Origin: Octopus sinensis
Lineage: Eukaryota
DNA length: 64,000 bases
NCBI RefSeq assembly: GCF_006345805.1
Contig: NC_042999.1
Span: forward strand, 150,164,001 to 150,228,000
Direction: 5' to 3'
Shown: one piece after another, positions 38,148 to 51,181 of the stretch
How positions within the stretch are numbered: position 1 is the first letter of the stretch
Layout of the letters: every line of letters starts with the position of its first letter
Notes under the pieces: model-generated
Told to the model about the DNA's origin: nothing
Databases searched by the model: none
What the model saw: only the letters and a program-made list of their open reading frames with translations
Program-made: the position numbers and the translations under genes

Positions 38148-40889
38148 GTCAGTGATTCTAATATTGGTAGGGGAAGGAAAGAATAACCCTTGGTTCTCTC
38201 AAACCAAGTCTCTGTTGCAAATTCTTGCAACAAAAGGATTGTGCTAAAGGTACACGAAGCCCAGATAGTGATGTTAAATTAAGTATCAAGAAATATAGTC
38301 CAATATTTTTATTGACTTCACTATTTTAACTCCACTCCTTAACCTTTTTGTTACCATATTTCTATTGATATTCATTATTTTTCTTTACAATAATTTACAA
38401 AATAGTGAAGAATATAGTAAAATGTTTGGAACATAAATTAACATGAAATTTTTGTGGTAAGTTTTTGTTTAGATCATTTTAAAGCATGAAGTTTGTCCAT
38501 TGAACCAGGGGTGGTCTCAGACAAGTTGGCGTTAAAAAGGGTATGTAAATATCTCCTAAGCTCTTTGGGTTTTTAAGTGTTGGTAATATTGTGTGAAAAG
38601 TCTGTAAAGTGTTGTTTCCAACATCTAATTAAAGTTTTCTTTTCCTTTCTACAAACATACCCAATGTTCCATCCATAAATGGAACATTGAAGTAACTTAT
38701 CCTTGATATAAAAATTCTTCATTTGCAATTCATTTTCATGTTTTTTTTTCCCACCAACCTGTACTTGTCTTCCTCTAGTAACATTCTCATTTGATCTAGA
38801 CCTATTTTTGACAATTGAGCTAAGGCATTAAAAATTAAGCATACTATCTAAATATGCAAGATGACTGCTATGAATTTCAACTAAAATTTTTCAGCTGGTA
38901 TTTCTATACTTTATCTGCTTTACTGTTGTTTTGTTTTAAATAGTGGCAGTCCTTGAATATTAAGTGACCAAATCAATAGGGTGTTGGATTACAGATGGTT
39001 TCAATATCAAAAATGTTCTATTCTGTTGTTCATTTCTATGGGTTGATACAGTACATAGCCATAAGTAGTTAGAGCAGTGTTCATTAACAATTTTTCCCAT
39101 AGTTTGCAGTGTGGAATTAAAATTCTCCTATGAACTTGGCCTAAACTATGAGTTAGAGGTTTGTAGATAATTCAGTTGCTCACAGAACAATGTACCACAC
39201 TGTTTGTGACATGTTGCCCAGGACACAACACAAGCACAGTATTTGGGATGTGTTGCCCAGAACACAACATAGTATTTGTGATATATTTCTCAGAACATCA
39301 CACTATTTATATTTCGTTATCTAGAACACAACACAACGCAGTGTTTGTAATATATTGCTGAGAACACATCATCAACATCATTATCATCATCATCATCATT
39401 TAACATCTGTTTTCCATGTTGGTATGGGTTGGATGGTTTGACATTATTTGACAAATTGCAGGGTTGTGTCAAGTTCCAGTATCAGCTTTGGCAAGGTTTC
39501 TACAGTTGGATGCCCTTCCTAACACCAACCACTTTACAGTGTGTGCTGGTCGTTTTCTCATATCACCAGTACTAGGGAATCATCATCATCATCATTTAAC
39601 GTCCGCTTTCCCTGCTAGCATGGGTTGGACAATTTGACTGCTGGCTGGCAAACCAGATGGCTGCACCAGGCTTCAATCTTGATCTGGCAGAGTTTCTACA
39701 GCTGGATACCCTTCCTAACGCCAACCACTCCGAGAGTGTAGTGGGTGCTTTTATGTGCCACTGGCACAGGGTCAGTCAGGCGGTACTGGCAACGACCTTT
39801 GCTCAAATCTTTTACACATACCACTGGCACAGGTGCCAGTAAGGCGATGCTGGTAACGATCACGCTCGAATGGTGCCTTTTACATGCCACCGGCACGGAG
39901 GCCAGATAGCCGCTCTGGCAACGATCACACTTGAATGGTGCTCTTAACACCATACTAGCACGAGGCTTGAGTGCCAGTAAGGGGACGCTGGTTGCCAAGT
40001 AACTTGCAAGACAGAAAACAACAGGAAAAAAAGAAAAAGCGAAAGCTCTCATTACCAAGTGGGTTAAGTATTTGAGAGGGAGAGGTGGTTTTATGCCAGG
40101 TGTTGAAAGGCTAAAGTATAATAGAGGGACAAGCATCCCACTATAGAGAAAATATATTAAGGTAAGTAGTAGTAACTGGGAAGATGAGGATGATAAAGAT
40201 GATAGTGAAAGAGTGCCAGAGCAAACTTTCAAGGTACAAGAAGGTGAGCATAAAAGAGGATACAGACAACATCAGGAGAGGAGAGAGTGGATAGTCTCCT
40301 AAGTGTTAGGGGAGAGTAACAGATAGTTAGGAATGATGGTAGAGGTGAACGTAGTGATTAATAAACATGGGTAGAGATACGATTTATGGGAAATATCAGT
40401 GTAGAGAGAGGGTGAGGTGAGAGACAGAAGTGGCTGAGGATAGACCAGAAGGTAGGGGTATGGCTTGCAAAGTGTAAGAGTGCTGGGGAGGGAGATGTCG
40501 AGGGGGGTACATAAGGGTAGCTGTAGTGAGTGGGGTATGATTGCAGATATGAGAGGGTGTTGAGAATGATAAGAAATATATGGGGTGTTAAAATGGATTA
40601 TGGCAAAGGGGAGATATAACTGAAGGCACAGAAAGATGATTGGTGAAAATAGTGTGGAAAGAGGGAGAAGAATGAGAATAAGGGATGGAAGTGGTTCCAG
40701 AAGGGAGGAGATGACTGGTTGTGCAAAGGAAGTGGGTGGAGTAATATATACTGATTTTGCCCTCATGGTTACAACCACTGAGTAGTACTAGGGTTGGATG
40801 TTAGGGGAATGAGATATGGGAAATGCTTGATGAGGCAGAATGGATTAGAAGCATAAACAGAACGCTTTTAGGACATCAGTTTTTGCTGT

Positions 40890-41370
40890 GATGGTCAGGT
40901 CCTCTGTAGTACAGCAACTTGTCAATCCTGTCGGTCTTTTGTCATCTCTTTCATGAGGCTTAGTATTTTAAACTCAGCCGTCTCTACCTCATTTGATGTC
41001 TTCTTGCCCCACCCTCTTCCTCAAGTTGCATCCACTTTAAATGACCAGCTCTTTATGCAGCTGTCCTCGTCCAAACACATCACATGACCAAACTAGCAAA
41101 TCTTTTCTTTTTGCACAGTACATTTGTTTCCTCTTATGACTAATTTTCTCTTAGTACCTAAGCACTTTGTTGAACATCCACACTGACATTGTATATCCAA
41201 CAGAGCATACTAACTTCATTTCTCTCTAGTTTTCACATACCCTCTGCATTCAGGACCCATATCTCACTACCATATAGCCTTCCTTTCATATGCAGGTATT
41301 GTACAATCTACTTCTCATTTGAGTATTTGTGATATGTTGCAAAAGTGCACACTTTTTCTGATATGACATT
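40890..41370 (-). mobile_element. RTE LINE RT C-terminal relic
   Basis: Minus translation RSRLYNTCI...FGHVMCLDEDSCIKS...GRGWGKKTSNEV..LSLMKEMTKDR. Confidence 0.75.
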
Positions 41371-43197
41371 ACATGGTACCACTTAAGCACTGGTGATGGT
41401 GCCATGTAAAAAGCACTGTTGATGGTGCCATGTGAAAAGCACTGGTGATGGTATCTTGTAAAAAGCACTGGTGATGGTATCTTGTAAAAAGCACTGGTGA
41501 TGGTACCTTGTAAAAAGCACTGGTGATGGTACCTTGTAAAAAGCACTGGTGGTGGTACCATGTAAGTACCATGTAAAAAGCACTGGTGATGGTACCATGT
41601 AAAAAGCACTGGCGATGGTACCATGTAAAAAGCACTGGTGAAGGTACCATGTAAAAAGAACTGGTGATGGTACCTTGTAAAAAGCACAGGTGATGGTACC
41701 ATGTAAAAAGCACTGGTGAACTACCATGTAAAAAGCACTGGTGATGGTACCATGTAAAAAGCACTGGTGAACTACCATGTAAAAAGCACTGGTGATGGTA
41801 CCTTGTAAAAAGCACAGGTGATGGTACCACATAAAAAGCACCGGTGATGGTACCTTGTAAAAAGCACTGGTGATGGTACCTTGTAAAAAGCACTGGTGAT
41901 GGTACCATGTAAAAAGCACTGGTGATGGTACCATGTAAAAAGCACTGGTGAAGGTACCATGTAAAAAGAACTGGTGATGGTACCATGTAAAAAGCACTGG
42001 TGAACTACCATGTAAAAAGCACTGGTGATGGTACCATGTAAAAAGCACTGGTGAACTACCATGTAAAAAGCACTGGTGATGGTACCATGTAAAAAGCACT
42101 GGTGATGGTACCTTGTAAAAAGCACTGGTGATGGTACCTTGTAAAAAGCACTGGTGGTGGTACCATGTAAGTACCATGTAAAAAGCACTGGTGATGGTAC
42201 CATGTAAAAAGCACTGCGATGGTACCATGTAAAAAGCACTGGTGATGGTACCATGTAAAAAGAACAGGTGATGGTACCTTGTAAAAAGCACAGGTGATGG
42301 TACCACATAAAAAGCACCGGTGATGGTACCTTGTAAAAAGCACTGGTGATGGTACCTTGTAAAAAGCACTGGTGATGGTACCATGTAAAAAGCACTGGTG
42401 ATGGTACCATGTAAAAAGCACTGGTGAAGGTACCATGTAAAAAGAACTGGTGATGGTACCATGTAAAAAGCACTGGTGAACTACCATGTAAAAAGCACTG
42501 GTGATGGTACCATGTAAAAGGCACTGGTGATGGTACCATGTAAAAGGCACTAGTGATGGTACCATGTAAAAGGCACTGGTGATGGTACCATGTAAAAGGC
42601 ACTGGTGATGGTACCATGTAAAAGGCACTGGTGATGGTACCATGTAAAAGGCATTGGTGATGGTACCATGTAAAAGGCATTGGTGATGGTACCATGTAAA
42701 AGGCACTGGTGATGGTACCATGTAAAAGGCATTGGTGTTGGTACCATGTAAAAGGCACTGGTGATGGTACCATGTAAAAGGCACTGGTGATGGTACCATG
42801 TAAAAAGCACTGGTGATGGTACCATGTAAAAGGCACTGGTGATGGTACCATGTAAAAAGCACTGGTGATGGTACCATGTAAAAGGCACTGGTGATGGTAC
42901 CATGTAAAAGGCACTAGTGATTGTACCATGCAAAAGGCACTGGTGATGGTACCATGTAAAAGGCACTGGTGATGGTACCATGTAAAAGGCACTGGTGATG
43001 GTACCATGTAAAAGGCACTGGTGATGGTACCATGTAAAAGGCACTAGTGATGGTACCATGCAAAAGGCACTGGTGATGGTACCATGTAAAAGGCACTGGT
43101 GATGGTACCATGTAAAAGGCATTGGTGATGGTACCATGTAAAAGGCACTGGTGATGGTACCATGTAAAAAGCACTGGTGATGGTGCCACATAAAAAG
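41371..43197 (+). repeat. 26-bp satellite array (about 70 units)
   Basis: Unit GGTGATGGTACCATGTAAAA(A/G)GCACT containing the 10-bp palindrome ATGGTACCAT; the AAAAAG variant dominates the left part and AAAAGG the right part. Confidence 0.97.
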
Positions 43198-43668
43198 TAC
43201 ACTCTATAAAGTACACTCTATAAAGTGGTGTTAGGATGGGAACCTAGCTATCGAAACCATGGATCCTGGTGTAGTATCCGGTCTTACCGGTTCCTTTCAA
43301 ACTGTCCAACCCATGCCAGGATGGAAAACAGACGATGATGATAACAAAACATATTGAGAGGTCAGTGTCCTACATCCTTGTTTGATCATTACATTTTCCT
43401 ACTTGGAGTTGGTTAAATGTATCCATTATTATTAGTATGGGTTAAGGATGATGGTTTAACAGACTTGTTAGAGGACTAAACAAAATGCCTTCTAGGTTTC
43501 TTGTTTTTGTTTTTTTTTTGCAAATTTCTTTCAGCACCATCATCATCATCACTAGTTAACATCTATGTTCCATATTAGCATTGGTTTGGTGGTTCAACAA
43601 GAACTAGTGAGCCAGAAATTATGTGTTTGCATAATGAGCTTCTATATGTATGTGTGTGTGTGTCTGTG

Positions 43669-43886
43669 TACAAGGGGGAGCTGGAAAGACCCTGGCTTTC
43701 GGTAAAAAAGATACAGGAGGATCAGTTAATTATGATTTTATTCAACATATTCCCCTCTCAGTTTCATACACTTATTGCAGCAGTCCTTCAGTTTTTCTAA
43801 ACCCTGTGAAAGAACTTGGAAGATTGGGCCTCCAACCAGACCTTCGTCAATACTCTTAAAGCCAAGAACTTTCCGATCACCCCCTC

Positions 43887-43889
<3 letters not shown>
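43669..43889 (-). mobile_element. Mariner-derived MITE
   Basis: TIRs TACAAGGGGGAGCTGGAAAGACCCTGGCTTT / AAAGCCAAGAACTTTCCGATCACCCCCTCGTG; interior is the reverse complement of 54719-54938. Confidence 0.85.
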
Positions 43890-43944
<55 letters not shown>

Positions 43945-44374
43945 ATATTATGTATGTATGTGCATGTTTTTGTGTCTGTTTCCCCACCACTCGATAACTG
44001 GTGTTGATTTATTTTACAGCCTTGTGAGTTAGCAGTTTAAGGATAGAGACCAGTAGAATAAGCATCAGGGGTTTAATTAATCACTTGGTTAATCAATCAA
44101 TCAGTTGTGTTTGTCAAAGTCTTTTCATCCTTATTCACGACCTTTCCAATGACATGCCCTCTCTACTCCAAGTTAGCTTTGGGTCTGTCAGTCTTTTAAT
44201 TTTAGGTTCAGTATTTATGTAGTTCTGTAAGGCAGTGAGTTGGTGGAATTGTTAGCATGCCAGGCAATAATGCTTAGTGGCATTTCATTTGCCTTTACAT
44301 TCTGAGTTCAAATTCTGCCAAAGTTGACTTTGCTTTCCTCCTTTTGGGGTCGATAAATTATATACCGGTTGGTG

Positions 44375-45390
44375 GAGGCAAGTAGCTTAGTGGCTAGGGT
44401 TAAGGTATTCAGCTCATGATCATAAGGTTGTGAGCTGGGTCCCATTCCTAACACCACTTTACAGAGTGAACTGGGTGCTTTTTATGTGGCACCATCACCA
44501 GTGCTTTTTACATGGTACCATCACCAGTGCCTTTTACATGGTACTATCACCAGTGCCTTTTACATGGTACCATCACCAGTGCCTTTTACATGGTGCCATC
44601 ACCAGTGCCTTTTACATGGTACCATCACCAATGCCTTTTACATGGTACCATCACCAGTGCTTTTTACATGGTACCATCACCAGTACTTTTACATGGTACC
44701 ATCACCAGTGCTTTTTACATGGTACCATCACCAGTGCCTTTTACATGGTACTATCACCAGTGCCTTTTACATGGTACCATCACCAGTGCCTTTTACATGG
44801 TGCCATCACCAGTGCCTTTTACATGGTACCATCACCAATGCCTTTTACATGGTACCATCACCAGTGCTTTTTACATGGTACCATCACCAGTACTTTTTAC
44901 ATGGTACCATCACCAGTGCTTTTTACATGGTACCATCACCAGTGCTTTTTACATGGTACCATCACCAGTGCCTTTTACATGGTACCATCACCAGTGCTTT
45001 TTACAAGGTACCATCACCAGTGCCTTTTACATGGTACTATCACCAGTGCCTTTTACATGGTACCATCACCAGTGCCTTTTACATGGTACCATCACCAGTG
45101 CCTTTTACATGGTACCATCACCAGTGCTTTCCCAGTGGTGCACTCTGTCTTTGAGCAAGACACTTTATTTCCCATTGCTCAGTCAGCTCGGCTAGCAAAA
45201 ATAATTAGTACCTGTATTTCAATGGGCCAGCCTTATCAAATTCTCTGTGATGCCAAACCACCCTGAGATCTACTTTAAAGGTATGTGTGTCTGTGGAGTA
45301 CTCAGCCACTTGCTCGTTAATTTCATGAGCAGGCTGTTCCAGATCAACTGGAACACTCGTTATCATAACTGACAGAGTGCCTGTTTACCA
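44375..45390 (+). mobile_element. CORE-type SINE interrupted at its B-box by a satellite-bearing insertion
   Basis: Head GGAGGCAAGTAGCTTAGTGGCTAG...GTTGTGAG stops near 44433; the body resumes near 45131 (CCCAGTGG...TTGAGCAAGACACTTTATTT). Uninterrupted sister copy at 45845-46180 (-). Confidence 0.8.
44475..45130 (-). repeat. Inverted 26-bp satellite array (about 25 units)
   Basis: Reverse complement of the 41371-43197 unit, mostly the AAAAGG variant. Confidence 0.97.
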
Positions 45391-47904
45391 GTTCAGCACT
45401 GGGGTCGATGTAATTAACTTATGCCCTCCCCCAAAATTGCTGGCCTTGTGCCAAAATTTGAAACCAATATTTATGTAATATTAATGTGAATAGGAATATA
45501 TGTGAGAGGGGGAGGGAGAGAGAAAAAAGTGTGTGTATATACATGTGTGTGCATATGTGCATTTGTGTGGGGCATCCATTCACATGTACCAGAACTCACA
45601 CATACACACACACACACTTTCTCTCTCTTTTTCTCCTTCATATCCCCCTCTTGTGAACATTCCCTCTCACATCCATAAAGTTACATAAATGTTGAGCCTA
45701 AAGCTAAAGAGCCTGAAGCTGACCTGGAGGAAGGAGAGCATGTCAATGAAGAGGTCATGAATGGCTACGAAAAGACTAACAAATCCAACTGATTAATTGA
45801 CTTTTTAGTATTTAAGAACACAACAAGGGTTCCAATTGATCCAATCAATGGAACAGCCTGCTTGTGAAATTAACGTGCAAGTGGATGAGCACTCCACAGA
45901 CACATGTACCTTTAACATAATTCTCGAGGAGATTCAGTGTGACACAGAGGGTGACAAGGCTGGCCCTTTGAAAAACAGGTACAACAGAAACAGGAAGAAA
46001 GAGTAGGAGAAAGTTGTGATGAAAGAGTACAGCAGGGTTTGCCACCACCCCTTGCCGGAGCCATGTGGAGCTTTAAGTGTTTTTGCTCGATAAACAATCA
46101 CAATGCTCGGTCTAGGAATCGAAACCACGATCCTATGACTGTGAGTTCACTGCCCTAACCACTGGGCCATTGTACCTCCACATCAGATAACTAGAACATC
46201 ATGGTTACACCAGTTCTTCAACACAGAATGTAAAAGGACAAAACTAGATGCAGTAAATCAATTTAATCTGTTGCGCTACCATCTCTGATGCTAAATCCAA
46301 AGGAGGACGTAGTCTTTAGATTTAGCGGCAGAGATGGTAGAGCAACAGATTAAATTGATTCAGTGTATTTAGCTTTGTCCTTTTACATTCTGTGTTCAGA
46401 TTTCGTCAGGATTATTTCTTTTCATCGGTGCTCATATTTCTTGTTAATATTTAAATGACTGCATAATGAGCTAATCAAAGCTATGTATCTCTTTTGATTC
46501 TCAGATGAAGTCATTCAATTTTACTTTCACCTTTAGGAAAGGCATGCATATCACAACTTTCCACTACCATCACAAGCACCCTTTTTCATATGGTTTTTGA
46601 ACTTAATATTTGTTTAAAACACTTGTTTTCTTTGTTATACTACTATCAAAAGACTTTTGGCCCCGTTACAAATGGAATCCCATTTTGAGAGTTTTGGTTT
46701 CTCCAGTTGAGTATAAATTAAATTTAGAATATCTAATGACATTGCATCTCGTTAACATAGTTCTTTGAAATTAGATTTCATCTGTTCTAAGCAATTTGGA
46801 AATCAATTTTTTTTCTTTGATAGAATTTTTTTCACTCAACTGGAGCAGAAAAATTTTCTCTTTATATTGTAACAGAGTCTGCATTATTTGCATGACTTTT
46901 GCCTGAACATTTTTTTCTTTGTCTGTATGCATATGTTGTCATTTTGTTTTTCATAAATTTTTCCTTCGTTAGTCATTTATTTATTTTTGCATTCTAGGAA
47001 TTCAGTTTATTGTATTTCATGTTACAATGAAAATATAAAAATGGCGAACATACTGTTGGTTATTTTCAAAGAGAGATCTAGGAAAAAGAAAGAAGAAACT
47101 TGGTTATTCTTCTTTCTGTAAATTTTTTTCCCCTTTAGTCAACCATACCTTATTCGTTCCATGCTGTAAATTTCTTACATATTTTTCTTTTCATAGTTTT
47201 GAAAAGTGTGAAAGAAAGGGAAACCTTATACTTGAAAGAATTAAGGTAGAAAAAAATGGTATTTTGTGCTGTATTACATTTACTAGCTTTAGGAACAAAG
47301 AAGGGGTACATATTTTATCATCTTCAATGAGCATTCTTGTAGAATGCATATAATTTGCAATGTAAAATTTTCAATGGAATGAAAGGCAGTTGGTTAAAAT
47401 ATAATAAATTCTCTTATTAGTTTGTGTAGGTTAAAATTAATCTTATAATGATTTCAAAGAGTTGTGGTGAGTTCAATAACTCATTGAGTCTGTATGATTT
47501 GTCCATGTATCTAATCTCAGTCAGTTTGGCAAAGCATTTCCTTCTCTAAACTAAACAGTATTAAATTTCATTTCTCTTTTACTTGTTTTAGTTATTGGAT
47601 ACAGCCATGCTGGAGCACCACCTTATAGCATTTTAATTTATCATATTTTTTTAAGTTGGGTGTTTTTTTTATTGGTCTCTGTTGAACTTCTAAGTTATGG
47701 AACATGAACACACAACACTGTTTTTTTAAAGACAGACATTATGACAGATACACATACAGTTTGGGGCTGTAGTAGGAGACACTTGCCCAAAATGCTACAC
47801 AGTGAGACTGAACTCAAGACCACCTGGTTGGGAAGCAAGCTTCTTAACCACACTGCCTGCAATTCACCATGCAGGAAGCATGGAAGTTATATATATATAT
47901 ATAT

Positions 47905-48230
47905 ATATTGATAGAAATGGTAAGACAACAAAAGAATGAAAGAGACCTCGATATTTTGTAAATAGTGGAATTTATCTGTAAATGTAATATGTGACAGTTA
48001 TTCGGTAGCCATGATAAAACTCTGAGTTTTGGATGTTGGGGTGGGAATCCATGCCACCATCTCTTCAGTTATCTGGCCATTGGAAAAAATAGCATTTTTT
48101 CTGATGGCTGGATAACTGAAGAGGTGGCAGTGTGGATATCCACCCCGACATGCAAAACTTGGAGTTTTATCATGGCTACCGAATAATTATCACATATTAC
48201 ATTTACAGATATATATAAATTTTTATATAT
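47905..48230. mobile_element. Palindromic Penelope-like fragment (100-bp inverted arms) with decayed hammerhead cores
   Basis: Arms 47974-48073 and 48111-48210; each contains GATAA-CTGAAGA...AAAACT..GAGTT-TTATC; flanked by (TA)n. Confidence 0.65.
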
Positions 48231-48949
48231 ATATATATATATACACACATACACGTGTGTATGTAGTTCCCTTGTCTTGATATTGTGTGATGGTTGTAAA
48301 TAAGCATTACCATCATACAAGTAATGTTGGTTAATTCCAGTCTTCTATGAAAAAAAACATGTCTGGCCTCAGGAAAATATTATTTTACTTTGAAACAAGT
48401 GAGGGTTGGCATCAGGATGGGTATCCAATCATAGAAAATATCCTACAACAAATTCGGTCAGACTAATGCAAGCATGGAAAATGGACATTAAATGAGGATG
48501 TTTTTCATATGATATTGAAATATCCGTTGTATGTCTTCAGCCTCCAAATTTAGAACACTTGTGCATTTTATTGGAAGAAGTTTCATATTTTTACAAATTT
48601 TTGTTATATTTCCCTCTTTTTTTTTTATTTCGCATTTCTTCAATTTTTTTTTTTATCATTACCAGAAATCCATGTGGAATGGATACTTTTCTAGAAACTT
48701 GATTAGGCTTTCTAGAGAAGGAATACTTATTTTGTACATCTGTTTACTGTCAAGTATCTGATAACTTGAGTATTTAATATCTTATCATGAAAATGTGTGT
48801 GTGTGTGTGTGTATGTATGTATGCGTGTGTGTGTGTATTTATGCATATTTGTGTGTGTATGTATTTATATGTATGTGCATATGTATATAACATATATAGC
48901 TATATATATTATATATTATGTATATCTGTGTTTGTGTGTGTATGTATAC

Positions 48950-48984
<35 letters not shown>

Positions 48985-49105
48985 TATACATGTATGTGTG
49001 TGTATTTCTATGTAATTTCTATGTGTGTGTGTTCAGTTTCATACAATCATCAGAGGTATTATGCAAAACAAAACATAAAATAAACTGAATATATAATTGA
49101 AAAAA

Positions 49106-49138
<33 letters not shown>

Positions 49139-49843
49139 GAAGTATACTACAGGCTGGTGTGGGTGGCCTGAGAAATGATAAATATTTTAGACAGTAGAAA
49201 AGAAAAGTGAATATGAGATAATGGTAACATATACCATATTTACCCATGTAGAAATCCTTCTCAAATAGAAAGTGGTATTCTTATTTTTTGTCTCTAAAAA
49301 TCACTAGTTTAGGTAAACTGTTTTTAATAGCAGAACTCAAAATAGATAAAGCTGTAGATATTTCTTTCTTCTATAGGCTGAAGGCCTGAAATTATAGAGG
49401 AGGGGGCCTAATTGATCACATCCCCCCCTCTTCCCAATACTCAACTGGGGGTGTTGATGTAATCAACTTATATTGTTGACCATGAAGGATGAAAGGCAAA
49501 GTCAATTTTGGTGGAATTTGAACTCAGAATGTAAAGCTGGAAGAAATGCTGCTAAGCATTTTGCTCAATGTGCTAATGTGTCTTATTTCTTTACTGTCCA
49601 CAAGGGGCTACACACAGAGGGGACAGACAAACAGATTAGGTTGATTATATCGACCCCAGTGCATAACTAGTACTTATTTAATTGACCCCAAAAGGATGAA
49701 AGGCAAAGTCGACCTTGGTTAAATTTGAACTCAGAACGTAGCGACAGACGAAATACCGCTAGGCATTCTGACCGGCATGCTAACGTTTCTGCCAGCTTGC
49801 CACCTCAGTGTTCTAATGTGTCTGTTAATTTGTTGCCTTAGAT

Positions 49844-50185
49844 CAGGGCTGGCCAACCTGAGGCCCGCGACCCGCATGCTGTCTGCAGACTTTTATCTTG
49901 CGGCTCACTTGATACTTTCTTAAAACCAGTGATCTCTTTATTGTGTTTAATTTCAAAATAAAATTGTTTGTGTAAAACATTTGTTTCAAAATAAATTTAA
50001 AATTTCTAAGTGGGAAAAAAACAATAGCCTTCAATTTTATAATTTCAAGCAAACGAAAAGTATGAAAAATTCTTGATTCTGTAATTTGATTATTTGACTG
50101 ATAGTGCATAAAGTATACAAGTGGCCCTCGAAAAACCTTCTCTGATTAAAGTGGCCCACAATGTAATTCAAGTTGGCCAGGCTTG
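49844..50185. mobile_element. hAT (Charlie-like) MITE
   Basis: TIR CAGGGCTGGCCAAC / GTTGGCCAGGCTTG; perfect 8-bp TSD CCTTAGAT (49836-49843, 50186-50193). Confidence 0.9.
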
Positions 50186-51136
50186 CCTTAGATAAAGCTG
50201 TAAATAGTAAGTGTCAAATTTTGGCACATCATCATCATCATCATCGTTTAATGTCCGTTTTTCATGCTAGCATGGGTTAGATGGTTCAACTGGGGTCTGG
50301 GAAGCCAGAAGGCTGCGCCAGGCCCAGTCTGATCTGGCAGTGTTTCTACAGCTGAATGCCCTTCCTAACGCCAACCACTCTGTGAGTGTAGTGGATGCTT
50401 TTTACGTGCCACCTGCACAAGGTCAACAATTTCAGGAAGTGCTTACATCAGCCCCAGTGTGCAACTGGTACTTATTTTATCAACTCTGAAAGGATGAAAG
50501 TCAAAGTCAGCCTTGCTGGGATTTGAACTCAGAACATAAAGCAGGACAAAATACCACTAAGCATTTTGTCTGACATGCTAACATTGCTGCGAGTTTGCTG
50601 CCTTTTTAAAGCTGTAAATAATGGTGTATGATATATTGGTTAAAATCCCCCTTGGTTAGGAAAAATGTTGAAGGCTGTCTGTGTGATTTGAACTCATATC
50701 TTCTGTAAACATGACAGATGTGCTACCATTATATCAAAGTTACACTTTGGATTTTCTGCATCCATTTTAGAGGACTGTAAGATGGTTACATTATAAAAAT
50801 TTTGAAACTTTGAGAGACATGATGTAAAATTATTTTTAACTGTGGAACTTGAAGTAGATAAAGCTATAAATAATCACGTGAGAGTATTGGATTAAAAAAC
50901 CCTTTGGATGGTGAAAAACAAAAATGAAAGCTGTCCATAATACTTGAACCCAGATCTTCTGTTAACTCAAGACCTTATAGTTTATCCTCTTATCTTTTTC
51001 ACATTTATGTATAATGATATTCACACTGGTGTTTTGTATTAAATTTCTTGCATTATATATACATTAGTAAATGCAGTAGTTCAGAAATATATTTAGAATG
51101 ACACACACACACACACATACACACACATACACACTC

Positions 51137-51181
<45 letters not shown>

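Noticed and set aside
40299-40778. 159-aa minus-strand ORF
   Set aside because: Strongly purine/pyrimidine-biased low-complexity sequence with no recognisable domain or splice support; probably repeat-derived.
41371-45130. CRISPR-like array, or long ORFs (205-411 aa) in the palindromic 26-bp repeats
   Set aside because: Units are head-to-tail with no unique spacers, there are no cas genes and the context is eukaryotic; the ORFs arise from a nearly stop-free repeat unit.
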